Origin: Candidatus Poribacteria bacterium
GTDB taxonomy: Bacteria > Poribacteria > WGA-4E > WGA-3G
Direction: 5' to 3'
Length of the DNA stretch: 64,000 nucleotides
NCBI GenBank assembly: GCA_964291315.2
Contig: OZ219753.1
Location: forward strand, 960,001 to 1,024,000
Shown here piece after piece: positions 30,127-40,101 of this stretch. The position numbers and the translations under genes are program-made. The notes under the pieces were generated by a model. That model ran no database searches and was not told the DNA's origin. It saw nothing but the letters and a program-made list of their open reading frames with translations. Positions within the stretch are counted from its first letter, which is position 1, and the number at the start of each line of letters is the position of its first letter.

Positions 30127-30157
30127 CAGTCCCGCTCAGATAAGGAGGATTCGGACA

Positions 30158-31549
30158 ATGGCATCAATACTGATCGTAGATGATGATCGAGCCCAACTAA
30201 CAATTCTGAAACGTATTTTGAAACGAGAAGGTTATACTGTAGAAGTTGTCGCCGACAGCCACGCCGCGCTAGGGACCTTGGAGGAGCAGATGTTCGATCT
30301 CGTTATCAGCGATATGTGGATGTCTTCGCGCTTTGAGGGGCGTGATCTGCTTCGAAGAATAAAGCGGACGGATCCAGATTTACCCGTTCTTATCATGACG
30401 GCTTACGCAGAGCTTAACGATGCTGTCAACCTTGTCGCTCACGAAGGAGCGTTTTACTACCTTGAAAAACCTATTCAGATTGAGGTTCTTAAACGAGAAG
30501 TAAAACATGCTCTGCAGACCCGTGGTGCCCTGACAGACATTGAAGAGGAAAGCGACGCGTCAACTCCTGACATTCAGGTTGATGAAATTGTGGGTCAAAG
30601 TGAGAAAATGCGCGAACTCTTGAAAAATATGGCGCGAATTCTTCACCGCGGCGTTACTCAGGTACTGATTACAGGAGAAACGGGGTCAGGTAAAAGTCTG
30701 ATCGCCCGTGCGCTTCATAAGCACGGTGCCCGAAAAGAGAAGCCGTTCATAGCTATTAACTGCGGTGCAATTCCGGATACACTTATTGAGAGCGAACTAT
30801 TTGGACACGAAAAGGGAGCTTTTACAGATGCGGCGCAGCAGAAAAAAGGGCTTTTTGAGGTGGCGAACCACGGTGTGCTTTTTCTTGATGAGATCGGGGA
30901 TTTACCTATTCAAACCCAGAGCAAACTTTTACAAGTCCTTGAGGAACGAGAGATCCGGCGCATCGGTGGGACCCAGAGCATCAAAGTAGATGTCTGTGTA
31001 ATCGCTGCAACAAATAAGGATCTCATTCAAGCGGTTCGAGATGGGGGCTTCCGAGACGACCTCTATTTTCGGTTGAATGTTATTCCGCTACACATACCGG
31101 CCTTAAGGGAACATCCGGAAGACATTCCGCTGCTTGTGAATTTTTTAATCCAAAAGTTTAGCAACGAGTATGTTGAGGCTTTACCTAAGCAGGTCACCCC
31201 GCAAGCGATGTCTGCCCTCAGGCGTTATGAGTGGCCCGGCAATATTCGGCAGTTAGAAAATTACCTTCGGCGTATCTTTGTTCTCTCAGAAAATGAGGTG
31301 ATTGATAGGAACGAGCTTCCTCCGGAGATCTTAGATACCTCGCTGCCGACCACAGATATTGAGTTTGATATTCCAGAGGAAGGTGTTTCCCTTGATGAAA
31401 TTATCAAAGAATATATCTGCAGGGCATTAGAAAAGAGCAAAGGCACACAAATTCAAGCTGCAAATTTGCTTGGCATCTCGCGTCGGAAGCTTCAGCATCG
31501 GATGCAAAAATATGGACTCCAGAGCCGGGACTTCAAAGCGGAGCAGTAA
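30158..31549 (+). CDS. Sigma54-dependent NtrC-family response regulator
   Basis: Start reassigned to MASILIVDDD (AAGGAGG RBS); GETGSGKS, ESELFGHEKGAFTDA, WPGNIRQL, C-terminal HTH. Confidence 0.95.
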   Translation: MASILIVDDDRAQLTILKRILKREGYTVEVVADSHAALGTLEEQMFDLVISDMWMSSRFEGRDLLRRIKRTDPDLPVLIMTAYAELNDAVNLVAHEGAFYYLEKPIQIEVLKREVKHALQTRGALTDIEEESDASTPDIQVDEIVGQSEKMRELLKNMARILHRGVTQVLITGETGSGKSLIARALHKHGARKEKPFIAINCGAIPDTLIESELFGHEKGAFTDAAQQKKGLFEVANHGVLFLDEIGDLPIQTQSKLLQVLEEREIRRIGGTQSIKVDVCVIAATNKDLIQAVRDGGFRDDLYFRLNVIPLHIPALREHPEDIPLLVNFLIQKFSNEYVEALPKQVTPQAMSALRRYEWPGNIRQLENYLRRIFVLSENEVIDRNELPPEILDTSLPTTDIEFDIPEEGVSLDEIIKEYICRALEKSKGTQIQAANLLGISRRKLQHRMQKYGLQSRDFKAEQ

Positions 31550-31656
31550 TAGGTATTGATGACCGTCACTCGTCAAAAACCGGCGGTGAAAGAGACTCGG
31601 TGACAACACACAAGAAACTTCTGAATCCACAACCGAAACTGTGCTGCCAACAGCTA

Positions 31657-32100
31657 TTAATACCGTAGGATGTGAGGATCAATTTCCTGTGACCATCGAT
31701 CGATACCGCCCAATAGATACTTAGTCGATTTAAAACCGAGTTGTTGCAAAAGAAACGCCGCATCAAGACTTCGCATACCCCAGTGGCAATAGACCACCAA
31801 TTCACACCCGGGTTTAATTTCTCTAAACCGCTTCAATAACTCGCTGACCGGAATGGAAATTGCCCCTTCAAGGTGAACCATCTGATACTCCCACTCCTCC
31901 CGCACGTCTAAGAGAACAAACGATTTACCTTCCTGCATCATCGCTTTAAGATGCTGTGGTGTAATACTATAGGTATCTGTGTCTAGCGGAAAGATTGCCT
32001 CCACTACACTTGGTGCAGCCTTTGGCAGTTTCCGGGCCCGCGACTTTGCAGTAGAATACCACCATATTTTTCTCAATGCTTGCTTGATATGCTTGAACAT
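31657..32100 (-). CDS. Rhodanese-like sulfurtransferase
   Basis: LLDVREEWEY, VVYCHWGMRS, LLGGIDRWSQEIDP. Confidence 0.9.
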   Translation of the reverse strand: MFKHIKQALRKIWWYSTAKSRARKLPKAAPSVVEAIFPLDTDTYSITPQHLKAMMQEGKSFVLLDVREEWEYQMVHLEGAISIPVSELLKRFREIKPGCELVVYCHWGMRSLDAAFLLQQLGFKSTKYLLGGIDRWSQEIDPHILRY

Positions 32101-32179
32101 TTTTTGTCTTCTTGAAAATACGGAATTTACGAATTTATGACTAGCAATCAGAAAGAGTCTAACGGGCTATTTCAAACTG

Positions 32180-34210
32180 CTAGAAGTTTATCGTGATGCC
32201 CAACGTTGGCACGATCGGAAACATTGGTTCTTCTTCAATCTCACAGCCGACAACAGCATTCGACTCTTCATCGCGAACTTCGCTAAATGCGTATTGGTCT
32301 ACATTTGTATGGTTGTACAAATTCAAAATCTGAAAATACCAAGACAACGTCCATCTGCGATGTGGGCTCCGCTTGGTAATGCGAAAATCGAGGCTATGGT
32401 AAGCAGGCATTCGTGCCGAGTGCGTATCTCCAAACTGCCGGTCACAGGCGATACGCCCGTCCGCTAAACGCACTTCTTCGTGCCTAAGCGGCGTTCTGGG
32501 TTCACCTGTATGAAAACGCCAACTCAGATAGAGATACCAAGCCGGGGCGAATTGGTAATTCCCACTGACAGCGAAAGAATGTCTCCGGTCATGCTGGCGA
32601 AAAATCGTCGCTCCACCCACGTCCTCTTCTGCAATGCCGTATGCATAACCGAGCGTCCACGCAAAACGACTGGAAACCGTATGTGTCGTGAACAGATCAA
32701 CGCCCTTTGCTTTTCCAGATTCAGGCGGGACAAAAACCTGATTCTGTCTCCCGAACTCACGTAGTCGTCCAACCAAATTATCAAACGTGTTATAGTACCC
32801 TTCAACGTTCACCAAAAAATTATCAGTGGGGGCATACTCAGTCCCGATGACGTAATGCACTGCTCGCTCCGCGCGCCTCACTGTCTCAATTCCGTCTTCT
32901 ACAGGGATCCCCATTAAATGAATAGGTTGATGATAAATGCCCCATGCTCCGCGCAAGGTGATGGTCTGGGTAGGTTTTACAGCGAGAGCGACTCGAGGGC
33001 CGATCTCATAACGTTGTATACCTTCTTCCTGATACTGCTGATAGAGATAGCGTGCGCCAATATTCAGGGCAAGTTTAGGATGGAGCTGCCACTCATCTTG
33101 GAGGAAGGCATTGAATTCAGCTCCGCTCTTGTCAACATCGGCGTGAATTGGCTTATAAACGTTTATGCCTGCTTGTCGTTCCTGAACGTCATACTGGTAT
33201 TGTGCTGTTAACCATCGCCATGTTACACCACTATGAAACGTATGTTTTTCAAAAAGGTTTGCTGTGAGCTCCGTTTTTGCTCCTAAAAATTGGAAGTCCC
33301 TGTCATCCACATCTGCCTTCCCTGTTGTTCTATCTTGACGAGAGGTGCCGCCGAAAAGAAAAACATCTGTCCAATGTGAAGAACCAAATGTATGCCGCCA
33401 CTTCATCCAAGCCATGGAATTATCGTATTGAGAATCCAAATTATTATCTAGGTCGTCCACACGGATCCGATTTTTGTCCCATCCGTAAAGCCCATTGAGC
33501 GTCACCGTATCGGCAGGCGTAATCTGATAAGTGAGTTTGCTGAAGACATCGGCGTACTGCGGTTTATAGTTTTCATCGATGTCCATGAGCATCAGAATTA
33601 GGTCGATATACCCGCGCCGTGCTGACAGAATCCAACTGCCGCTTTCTTTGATTGGTCCTTCCAAGGTGGCTGTCGCGTTAATTAAATCTACGCCAAAGTT
33701 AGCAGAGAACTTCTTGGTGTTTGCTGTTCTCGTCGTCAGATCAAAGACTCCGGACATCTTTTCGCCGTATTTTGCAGGGAATCCACCGATGAGCAATTCC
33801 GTGTTCTGAATAAGATCAATACTTATCAGTGATACAGCGCCCCCGAAGTCCTGAAGATGATAAGGGTTGTAGAGTTCCATTCCGTCCAATCTGACCGAAA
33901 TATTATCTTTTTCACCGCCTCGCACGCTGAATCGCGCGCTGTAATCGCTTGAAACCACACCCGGAAAGATATGTGCTGCCCGCATTACATCGTTGTCAAT
34001 TAGCGGGAAACGTTCAATTTCCGCTTTAGATAGCGATATTCTGGCTGCAGTCCCGTCATAAATTGTAAAACGGCCCGGTGTTACAACGATCTTTTCCATC
34101 CGGACAGGCTCAGCATCCTCTTCGGCAGAGCTTGTAAATAGAGCTATGAATGCAAAAAATAGAGCATAAAAAATTAAGAACAATGTATGCAGAAAGCGAG
34201 CGTTGAACAT
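32180..34210 (-). CDS. TonB-dependent receptor
   Basis: Signal peptide, plug FSVRGGEKD...GGFPAKYG, barrel strands, terminal Phe (LGITINF). Confidence 0.92.
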   Translation of the reverse strand: MFNARFLHTLFLIFYALFFAFIALFTSSAEEDAEPVRMEKIVVTPGRFTIYDGTAARISLSKAEIERFPLIDNDVMRAAHIFPGVVSSDYSARFSVRGGEKDNISVRLDGMELYNPYHLQDFGGAVSLISIDLIQNTELLIGGFPAKYGEKMSGVFDLTTRTANTKKFSANFGVDLINATATLEGPIKESGSWILSARRGYIDLILMLMDIDENYKPQYADVFSKLTYQITPADTVTLNGLYGWDKNRIRVDDLDNNLDSQYDNSMAWMKWRHTFGSSHWTDVFLFGGTSRQDRTTGKADVDDRDFQFLGAKTELTANLFEKHTFHSGVTWRWLTAQYQYDVQERQAGINVYKPIHADVDKSGAEFNAFLQDEWQLHPKLALNIGARYLYQQYQEEGIQRYEIGPRVALAVKPTQTITLRGAWGIYHQPIHLMGIPVEDGIETVRRAERAVHYVIGTEYAPTDNFLVNVEGYYNTFDNLVGRLREFGRQNQVFVPPESGKAKGVDLFTTHTVSSRFAWTLGYAYGIAEEDVGGATIFRQHDRRHSFAVSGNYQFAPAWYLYLSWRFHTGEPRTPLRHEEVRLADGRIACDRQFGDTHSARMPAYHSLDFRITKRSPHRRWTLSWYFQILNLYNHTNVDQYAFSEVRDEESNAVVGCEIEEEPMFPIVPTLGITINF

Positions 34211-34443
34211 GCTATTGCCTCTCAGGAAGTTTTATACGGAGATATAAAGATATGCAGGCATTTCATCGGACTCTAAGTCGTAAGGATCCGTTGTTGCTGA
34301 AGGCCCCTACTTGTTCCTATTCGGTCTGTTTCTTTAACTGTAAGTCCATTATAACGTGCCTGATTCCGTAAGAAATTATAACATATTCTGGCGGTTATAG
34401 TCAATTGAGAATGTGGATTAGCAGGCCCTTCTGATCTAAACAG

Positions 34444-34473
34444 TTGACACTTTCTCTATTTCTATGCTAAAAT
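34444..34473 (+). promoter_or_regulatory. Sigma70-type promoter
   Basis: TTGACA-N18-TAAAAT with TGn extension upstream of the cyclase. Confidence 0.55.
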
Positions 34474-34501
34474 ATGCATTAAATTCGAACGATGAGACAT
34501 T

Positions 34502-36250
34502 ATGAAAGAACAAGTTATATCAGCTCTGACGCGCGGCATTGCCGCCTTGCTCACGCAACAGGACGAAGACGGACGCTTTGAGGGACAGCTCTCCTCAAGC
34601 ACCTTCCCGACGTGCGCTTATGCCTGGATTCAACTCGCACAAGGCGAAACCCCAGATCCTGACCTTATCCGATGGTTCATCACCCAACAAAATGAAGACG
34701 GCAGCTGGGGATTGGATACGGCAAACATATCAAATACAGAGGCAACTCGATTTGTGCGCGTGATTCTTGAGCAGATACACGCCCGCTCATCACAACCACT
34801 GCTCCAAAACCTACTGGCATCTGTCCCAAAACTTCCGCCGCATCTCGCGCACGTCAAATTAACGTATGCCGCCTTTGAGCAATTTGACTGGCACGAACTG
34901 ACGTTCTCAGAAAACGCGCTGCCTCTCATGAAACTTGCCCGGCAACTGACAAAAATTCCCTTCCTCGGCAAGCGATTGTCTCCCCCACGGCATCGGTTAC
35001 CGCCTGTGGCTTTGTTTAATACCGCAATGTTCGATGCTCTCTTCATTGCCGAGCAACATACGCTCGTCGCTGTCTTTATTTTAATTGAACTCAACACAAC
35101 CCGCCGCCCTGACATGATTGAATCGCTTGTTGCCTGGTTAAAAGCCCGAGTCCTCAGCGACGGAAGTTGGTTTCGCGTCAACTACATCACAGCCCTTTCA
35201 GTTTTGGCACTTATTGAATTAGAAAAGAGGTGGGGAGCCGATGAAGAGATCGCCGCGCTTATTGCGCGCGGTACTGCTTGGCTTGAGACAACGCGGAATC
35301 CTGACGGCGGATGCCGAGAGGCGTTGAACTTGAACGTTTGGGATACAGCGTTGAGCGTCACGGCTTTAACAGAGATCGTGTCTTCTCTTGATGACGGGGT
35401 TCTGCCGGTGGATATCCAGCTCACTGATAGAGTCTGGCGCGCAGCACAATGGCTCGTCAAACATCAGAACACCGACGGCGGTTGGGCGTTCTCGGGGTTA
35501 GACGACAGCTCCCTGCCGAGCGATGCTGACGATACCGCGCTCGGCACATTGGCACTTATCCGTTCGCTCCGCCTGAAGAACGCCCCTAACAGAGAGGCTT
35601 TAGATGACTCCATTCGCCGTGGAGTTGCGTGGTTAAAGAGCCAACAAGGTCGCGATGGGGGTTGGAGCACTTACCAACCCGGGCAAGGCGATGTCGGATG
35701 TGTCAGCATCACCGCACACGCCATTGAGGCACTTTTTGAATTGGATCGGAGCGACCTCACAGATAAACCTAATATGCATCGTGAGATGAAGCGCGGTATC
35801 GCTTGGCTTCGTAAGCAAATCAGCCGAGAGGGCTATTGGCGGGACCTCTGGTTGGCGAAAGATACATACGGCACCGCGTGCGCCCTCATCGCATTTGTCA
35901 AGGTTGGACTAAAAGAGTTACCCGAAGTCCAACAAGGCATTCAATGGTTGGAAGGCAGCCAAAACGCAGACGGCGGTTGGGGTGAAGATATGTTTGGAAA
36001 CCCAACTGAAAGCACAATAGAGCAGACTGCATGGAGCACTTATGCACTCCTGCTTGCCGCCCCGGAAAGCCCTGCTGCTCAAAACGGGATTCGTTTTCTA
36101 TTGCAACGTCAAGAAGGAGACGGTTCATGGCCCGAACAGTCTGTGGGTATCTATTGGGAGATTATCGGCGGATATGCCGATCCGATTTATGCGTCTGTCT
36201 TTCCGATACTTGCTCTCAACCAGTTTTTGAAAACTTCCTTTGGTAAATAG
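34502..36250 (+). CDS. Class II terpene cyclase (squalene-hopene cyclase-like)
   Basis: QW repeats (QNEDGSW, QNTDGGW, QGRDGGW, QNADGGWGE, QEGDGSW), VWDTAL, catalytic DADDTA (DXDD), STIEQTAW. Confidence 0.88.
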   Translation: MKEQVISALTRGIAALLTQQDEDGRFEGQLSSSTFPTCAYAWIQLAQGETPDPDLIRWFITQQNEDGSWGLDTANISNTEATRFVRVILEQIHARSSQPLLQNLLASVPKLPPHLAHVKLTYAAFEQFDWHELTFSENALPLMKLARQLTKIPFLGKRLSPPRHRLPPVALFNTAMFDALFIAEQHTLVAVFILIELNTTRRPDMIESLVAWLKARVLSDGSWFRVNYITALSVLALIELEKRWGADEEIAALIARGTAWLETTRNPDGGCREALNLNVWDTALSVTALTEIVSSLDDGVLPVDIQLTDRVWRAAQWLVKHQNTDGGWAFSGLDDSSLPSDADDTALGTLALIRSLRLKNAPNREALDDSIRRGVAWLKSQQGRDGGWSTYQPGQGDVGCVSITAHAIEALFELDRSDLTDKPNMHREMKRGIAWLRKQISREGYWRDLWLAKDTYGTACALIAFVKVGLKELPEVQQGIQWLEGSQNADGGWGEDMFGNPTESTIEQTAWSTYALLLAAPESPAAQNGIRFLLQRQEGDGSWPEQSVGIYWEIIGGYADPIYASVFPILALNQFLKTSFGK

Positions 36251-36368
36251 TAAAGAACAGATGCGCTTTTAGTGGGTTACATAACGTACACCAAAACGCT
36301 CTGCGCTTCTACAGACAAGGGGACTTAACCTCGCCGGAGCTGATCTGTAAAACCTACCGTAGTTCGCA

Positions 36369-37055
36369 ATGCACACATTACAGAAAATTTCAGTTATCAT
36401 TCCGACTCTGAACGAGGCGAAGACTTTGGAGAAAATGCTCTCTCGGCTACAGTCAGAATTAAAATCTCAAGAACTTATTGTTGTAGACGGTGGGAGTACG
36501 GATACCTCGGTTTGTATTGCAAAAAGATATGGACGAGTGGTTGTATCGGAGCGAGGGAGGGCGAAGCAGCTGAATGCTGGGGCCACGGCAGCGACAGGGG
36601 ACATCTTCATCTTCCTGCACGCTGATATCTGGCTTGAACCGGGGGCATTCGATGCAGTAGCAAGAGCGCTGGCTTCAGGTTACGTTGGCGGCGGGTTTCG
36701 TCAAAAAATTGATGGAAAAAACATCTTGTACCGTCTTATTGAGAAAGCGGGCGATATCCGAGGCAAGTATCTAAAAGTATTTTATGGAGATAGCGGCATT
36801 TTCCTCACGCGAGCGAATTTCGAGAAAATTGGAGGCTTCCCAAACGTCTCAATTCTGGAGGAAATGGAATTCTCCAAAGCGTTGCGACGACTTGGCAAAA
36901 CCACACTGCTTACGCCTTGTATCCATATATCCGCGCGCCGTTGGGAAACAAGAGGAATTGTGAGGACGACGTTAAAGAACTGGCTCATTACTTTGCTCTA
37001 TTTTATCGGAGTTGCACCAGAAAAGCTTGCCAGACTCTACGGTCATATCCGATAG
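36369..37055 (+). CDS. GT2 glycosyltransferase (TIGR04283-like)
   Basis: SVIIPTLNE, VVDGGSTD, GRAKQLNAGA, FLHAD, YGDSG, GGFP, SARRW. Confidence 0.9.
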   Translation: MHTLQKISVIIPTLNEAKTLEKMLSRLQSELKSQELIVVDGGSTDTSVCIAKRYGRVVVSERGRAKQLNAGATAATGDIFIFLHADIWLEPGAFDAVARALASGYVGGGFRQKIDGKNILYRLIEKAGDIRGKYLKVFYGDSGIFLTRANFEKIGGFPNVSILEEMEFSKALRRLGKTTLLTPCIHISARRWETRGIVRTTLKNWLITLLYFIGVAPEKLARLYGHIR

Positions 37056-37198
37056 AAGCAACTGCTACCGGCGGTCATCGGTCTGTTTAACAAAAGGTTA
37101 AGAAAATACCGCTGCATTACTTCAGCAACACAGCGGCATCTTTGGTATATAAGAGGTCAAAACAGCCTAATGCTGTCTCAACGAAAAGGTATGCTAAA

Positions 37199-38065
37199 TT
37201 AACGAGTTTGCTTGAGGGATCCCCAGGTTGTGGCTAACTTGTTTTTGGCTTCAACATCGAACGTTCCCTCTTCAGCAAGCCAATTGTTGATAAATTCAAC
37301 AACCCCGATGCCTCGAATATCCGGTTTGTCTGCCCAAATAGGCTGCGATTTTTGCCACATCGCTGCAATCATACCCGTTCCATCTTTACCGGGCGATTTG
37401 CTAACGGCTACGGCTGGATCTGCCGTAGTTTTATCTGCCAATGCGAAAGAGACCACATCCCAATCCGAACCGTCAAACAGTTCAAGGTGCCACGGACGAT
37501 TGGATTTATAGTCTTTAAACGAAGGAAGAACCTTTTTGCCGAGGTCAGTCGCTTCAAAGTTACCACCTCGGTCAGAGAAAGTTAATCCAGGGATATCAAA
37601 GATATTCGCTGCACCTGCGGGGCCGTTATCTGGACTCCGAACACCGCCCTCGTAGCTCATGTAGAAAATCCAATCTGCCACGTTAATGACAACATTCCCT
37701 TCATCAATGAAATTTTCTACATTCGAGCCATCCGGTTTTTTGTTTGGGAACGGATAAAGTCCGCTCGGTGTAGTACCAGAGGCGAGGATAATAACATCTT
37801 GTTGCCCGTTGCCTGTGTGTTCAACACACCATTTTGCGAGTGGGGAATTATCGCCTTCTTCGTCGCCGTCGCCAAAATCTTCTATGCTGTTAAAGAGCGC
37901 TTTGACACCGGGATCGTTCCTGATTACCTTGACATTTTCGGCAACCGCGCCATCAGATATCCACCCAGGGTTAGTTGGGCCTGAGTAAAATGCGAGATCG
38001 TTTGCTGAAACTGTAGCTACGCAGCTGAAAAGAGCAAACAGAGCTACACTTACATAAATTTTCAT
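37199..38065 (-). CDS. Secreted hypothetical protein with KLATTWG tail (paralog of 38173-39051)
   Basis: Signal peptide; shares YSGPTN.GWIS, HTGNGQQDV, NVADWI.YMSYEGG, RPWHLE with its neighbour. Confidence 0.85.
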   Translation of the reverse strand: MKIYVSVALFALFSCVATVSANDLAFYSGPTNPGWISDGAVAENVKVIRNDPGVKALFNSIEDFGDGDEEGDNSPLAKWCVEHTGNGQQDVIILASGTTPSGLYPFPNKKPDGSNVENFIDEGNVVINVADWIFYMSYEGGVRSPDNGPAGAANIFDIPGLTFSDRGGNFEATDLGKKVLPSFKDYKSNRPWHLELFDGSDWDVVSFALADKTTADPAVAVSKSPGKDGTGMIAAMWQKSQPIWADKPDIRGIGVVEFINNWLAEEGTFDVEAKNKLATTWGSLKQTR

Positions 38066-38172
38066 AATACACGAAATCTCCTTTTTGATTTCTACCAGTA
38101 TGTGATTTGAAATTTAATGAATATGTGCGGGTAGCACGTCCGTGCCACCCACAGTTTTACTGAAAAAAACGA

Positions 38173-39051
38173 CTATAGGCTCGATTTAATTCGGCCCCAA
38201 GTTGTCGCTACTTTGTCCTGAGCTTCGACTGGAGTTGTCAAGCTTCCGTGTTCCATGAGCCAGTTAGCGATAAATTCTATAACGCCGACTGCGCGTGGAT
38301 CGTCTCCGTCCCAATCAGGTTGTGCCTTCTGCCACATCGCGGCGATAACGCCGCCGTAGGTTGTGTTAACAGCAACTGCTGGATCGGCGGAATTCGGATC
38401 GTCTTCTGAAAGTGCGAAAGCGGTAACTTCCCAATCTGTCCCGTCAAACTGCTCAAGGTGCCAGGGACGGTCGGACTGGAATCCCATCAACGATGGGAGG
38501 TATTGCTCACCAGCATCTGTGGGCACCTGCGGGCCACCGCGGTTGCCGAAAGAGAGGCCTTCGATGTCAAAAACATTCGCCGCCCCGCTTGGACCGTTAT
38601 CTGCGCTCCGCGTGCCGCCTTCATAGCTCATATACAAAATCCAGTCTGCAACGTTGATAAAAACGTTCCCGTCTTCAACGAAGTTCTCGATGTTGGAACC
38701 GTCGGGATCTACATTCGGGAATTGATAGATCGCACTCGGGGCGGTTCCGGACGCAGCGATGAAAACATCCTGTTGCCCGTTCCCGGTGTGTGCTATCAAC
38801 CATTGACCTAATGGGGAATCGGAACCGACTTCATCACCGTCTCCGTAGTTTTCAATACTTTCGAAAATGGTTTGCATTCTGTCGTCGTTCATGATTGTCT
38901 CAGCGTTCGCAATAGCAGCCTCTTGTGAGATCCAACCCGAGTTTGTAGGGCCCGAGTAGATCGCCAGATCTGCAGCAAACCCACTTGTTAAAACAAGTGC
39001 GAACATTGCTACGCCGAGAGCTGAAATGTGGAAAAGTTGCTTCATTGTCAA
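38173..39051 (-). CDS. Secreted acidic hypothetical protein with KVATTWG tail (paralog of 37199-38065)
   Basis: Signal peptide, AAGGAG RBS, same conserved blocks as its neighbour. Confidence 0.85.
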   Translation of the reverse strand: MTMKQLFHISALGVAMFALVLTSGFAADLAIYSGPTNSGWISQEAAIANAETIMNDDRMQTIFESIENYGDGDEVGSDSPLGQWLIAHTGNGQQDVFIAASGTAPSAIYQFPNVDPDGSNIENFVEDGNVFINVADWILYMSYEGGTRSADNGPSGAANVFDIEGLSFGNRGGPQVPTDAGEQYLPSLMGFQSDRPWHLEQFDGTDWEVTAFALSEDDPNSADPAVAVNTTYGGVIAAMWQKAQPDWDGDDPRAVGVIEFIANWLMEHGSLTTPVEAQDKVATTWGRIKSSL

Positions 39052-39107
39052 CTGATCTCCTTTTTGGAAATATATTTATAGGTAGTGTGTTTCTTTGAGA
39101 CGAAACG

Positions 39108-39839
39108 TTATTGTCTCAAACTTGCCCATGTGAGAGCAAGCTTGCCTTCAGATTTGACCGCGAGATTAACCTCGCCTGGTCTATCGTAAAGATAAAAATT
39201 GTCAATGTAGTAGTGTTGGAGCTGATTGGTGTGAATACCGAACACTCCTCTTGGATGAAGATTTTTTGGGTCTCTCCACTCGGTAACCTTCTCAAAAACC
39301 AGGGCGCCCTGCTCCTTGATGTAGAGTTGGAACATATTGCCGTCTCCGAGCAGTGCGAGCGTGTACCACTGTTTTGATACGACCTCAATCGGCAATTCCG
39401 TTCTGAGTTCGCGATACTCGTTCCAGGTACCCCGATCATTCCCTTCACGTTTGTACCAACGTGCAGAATTCGGGCGCCCCGCCCCATCAGCAGGTGTAAT
39501 AATCAATTGATAGAAGTGAAGGTCCTCGTTAGCGCGAAATAACAATTCCATTTTGCTTGCGAAAGGATCGACGAGCAAATGGAAGTCAAGCCGTAGCCCG
39601 AAATCCTCAAATTCTATCAGTCCGTAGCCAAAATCAACGTCCCCGTTACCATCGCCTTCAACTCTGTGGATTTCCAGATGGCCGCCTTTTACGTCCCAGG
39701 ACTCCTCTTGGCCCTTCCAGTACTTATCGTTCAGTTTCCCGCCCTTAAAGTCGTCGGCTACGAGAAGCTCTGCGGTGCTCATCTCACACAATAGCAGAAT
39801 CGACACTAACAAGACAAGAGAGATAACTCTCTTTTGCAC
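39108..39839 (-). CDS. Secreted jellyroll-like (DUF1080-like) protein with KLALTW tail
   Basis: GTG start after GGAGGG; signal peptide; DDF...W...WDVKGG, LLFRA, WYTL, GVFGI, YIDNF. Confidence 0.75.
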   Translation of the reverse strand: MQKRVISLVLLVSILLLCEMSTAELLVADDFKGGKLNDKYWKGQEESWDVKGGHLEIHRVEGDGNGDVDFGYGLIEFEDFGLRLDFHLLVDPFASKMELLFRANEDLHFYQLIITPADGAGRPNSARWYKREGNDRGTWNEYRELRTELPIEVVSKQWYTLALLGDGNMFQLYIKEQGALVFEKVTEWRDPKNLHPRGVFGIHTNQLQHYYIDNFYLYDRPGEVNLAVKSEGKLALTWASLRQ

Positions 39840-40051
39840 GGCAGTTCCCTCCAATTTTTTAATATCACATAAAATGAGTATTCGATTTAATAGTGATTCC
39901 GCGAGATTTGACATAAACTGCTGAAGCCTTAAACATCTACGGACATGTCAAACCATACCTCTTGACCTATTTTGCTGTTTACGTGTCAAACCTGCTGACG
40001 TGCGCAAGGCGCACAACAGGGAACCCAACAGTGAGTGCCTCCCCCTGTAAT

Positions 40052-40101
40052 AAAAAAAGCCCGCGCAGAAGCGTTCCGTATAAAATGGAACAGGCGCGAG
40101 C
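40052..40101 (-). terminator. Intrinsic terminator
   Basis: GCUCGCGC...GCGCGGGC stem with inner GUUCC/GGAAC, followed by U7. Confidence 0.7.

Noticed and set aside
29903-30157. N-terminal extension of the NtrC ORF (also the long starts at 2634, 7007, 24390, 26468, 39914, 61561)
   Set aside because: They overlap neighbours or promoters; downstream starts with RBS or signal peptides fit better
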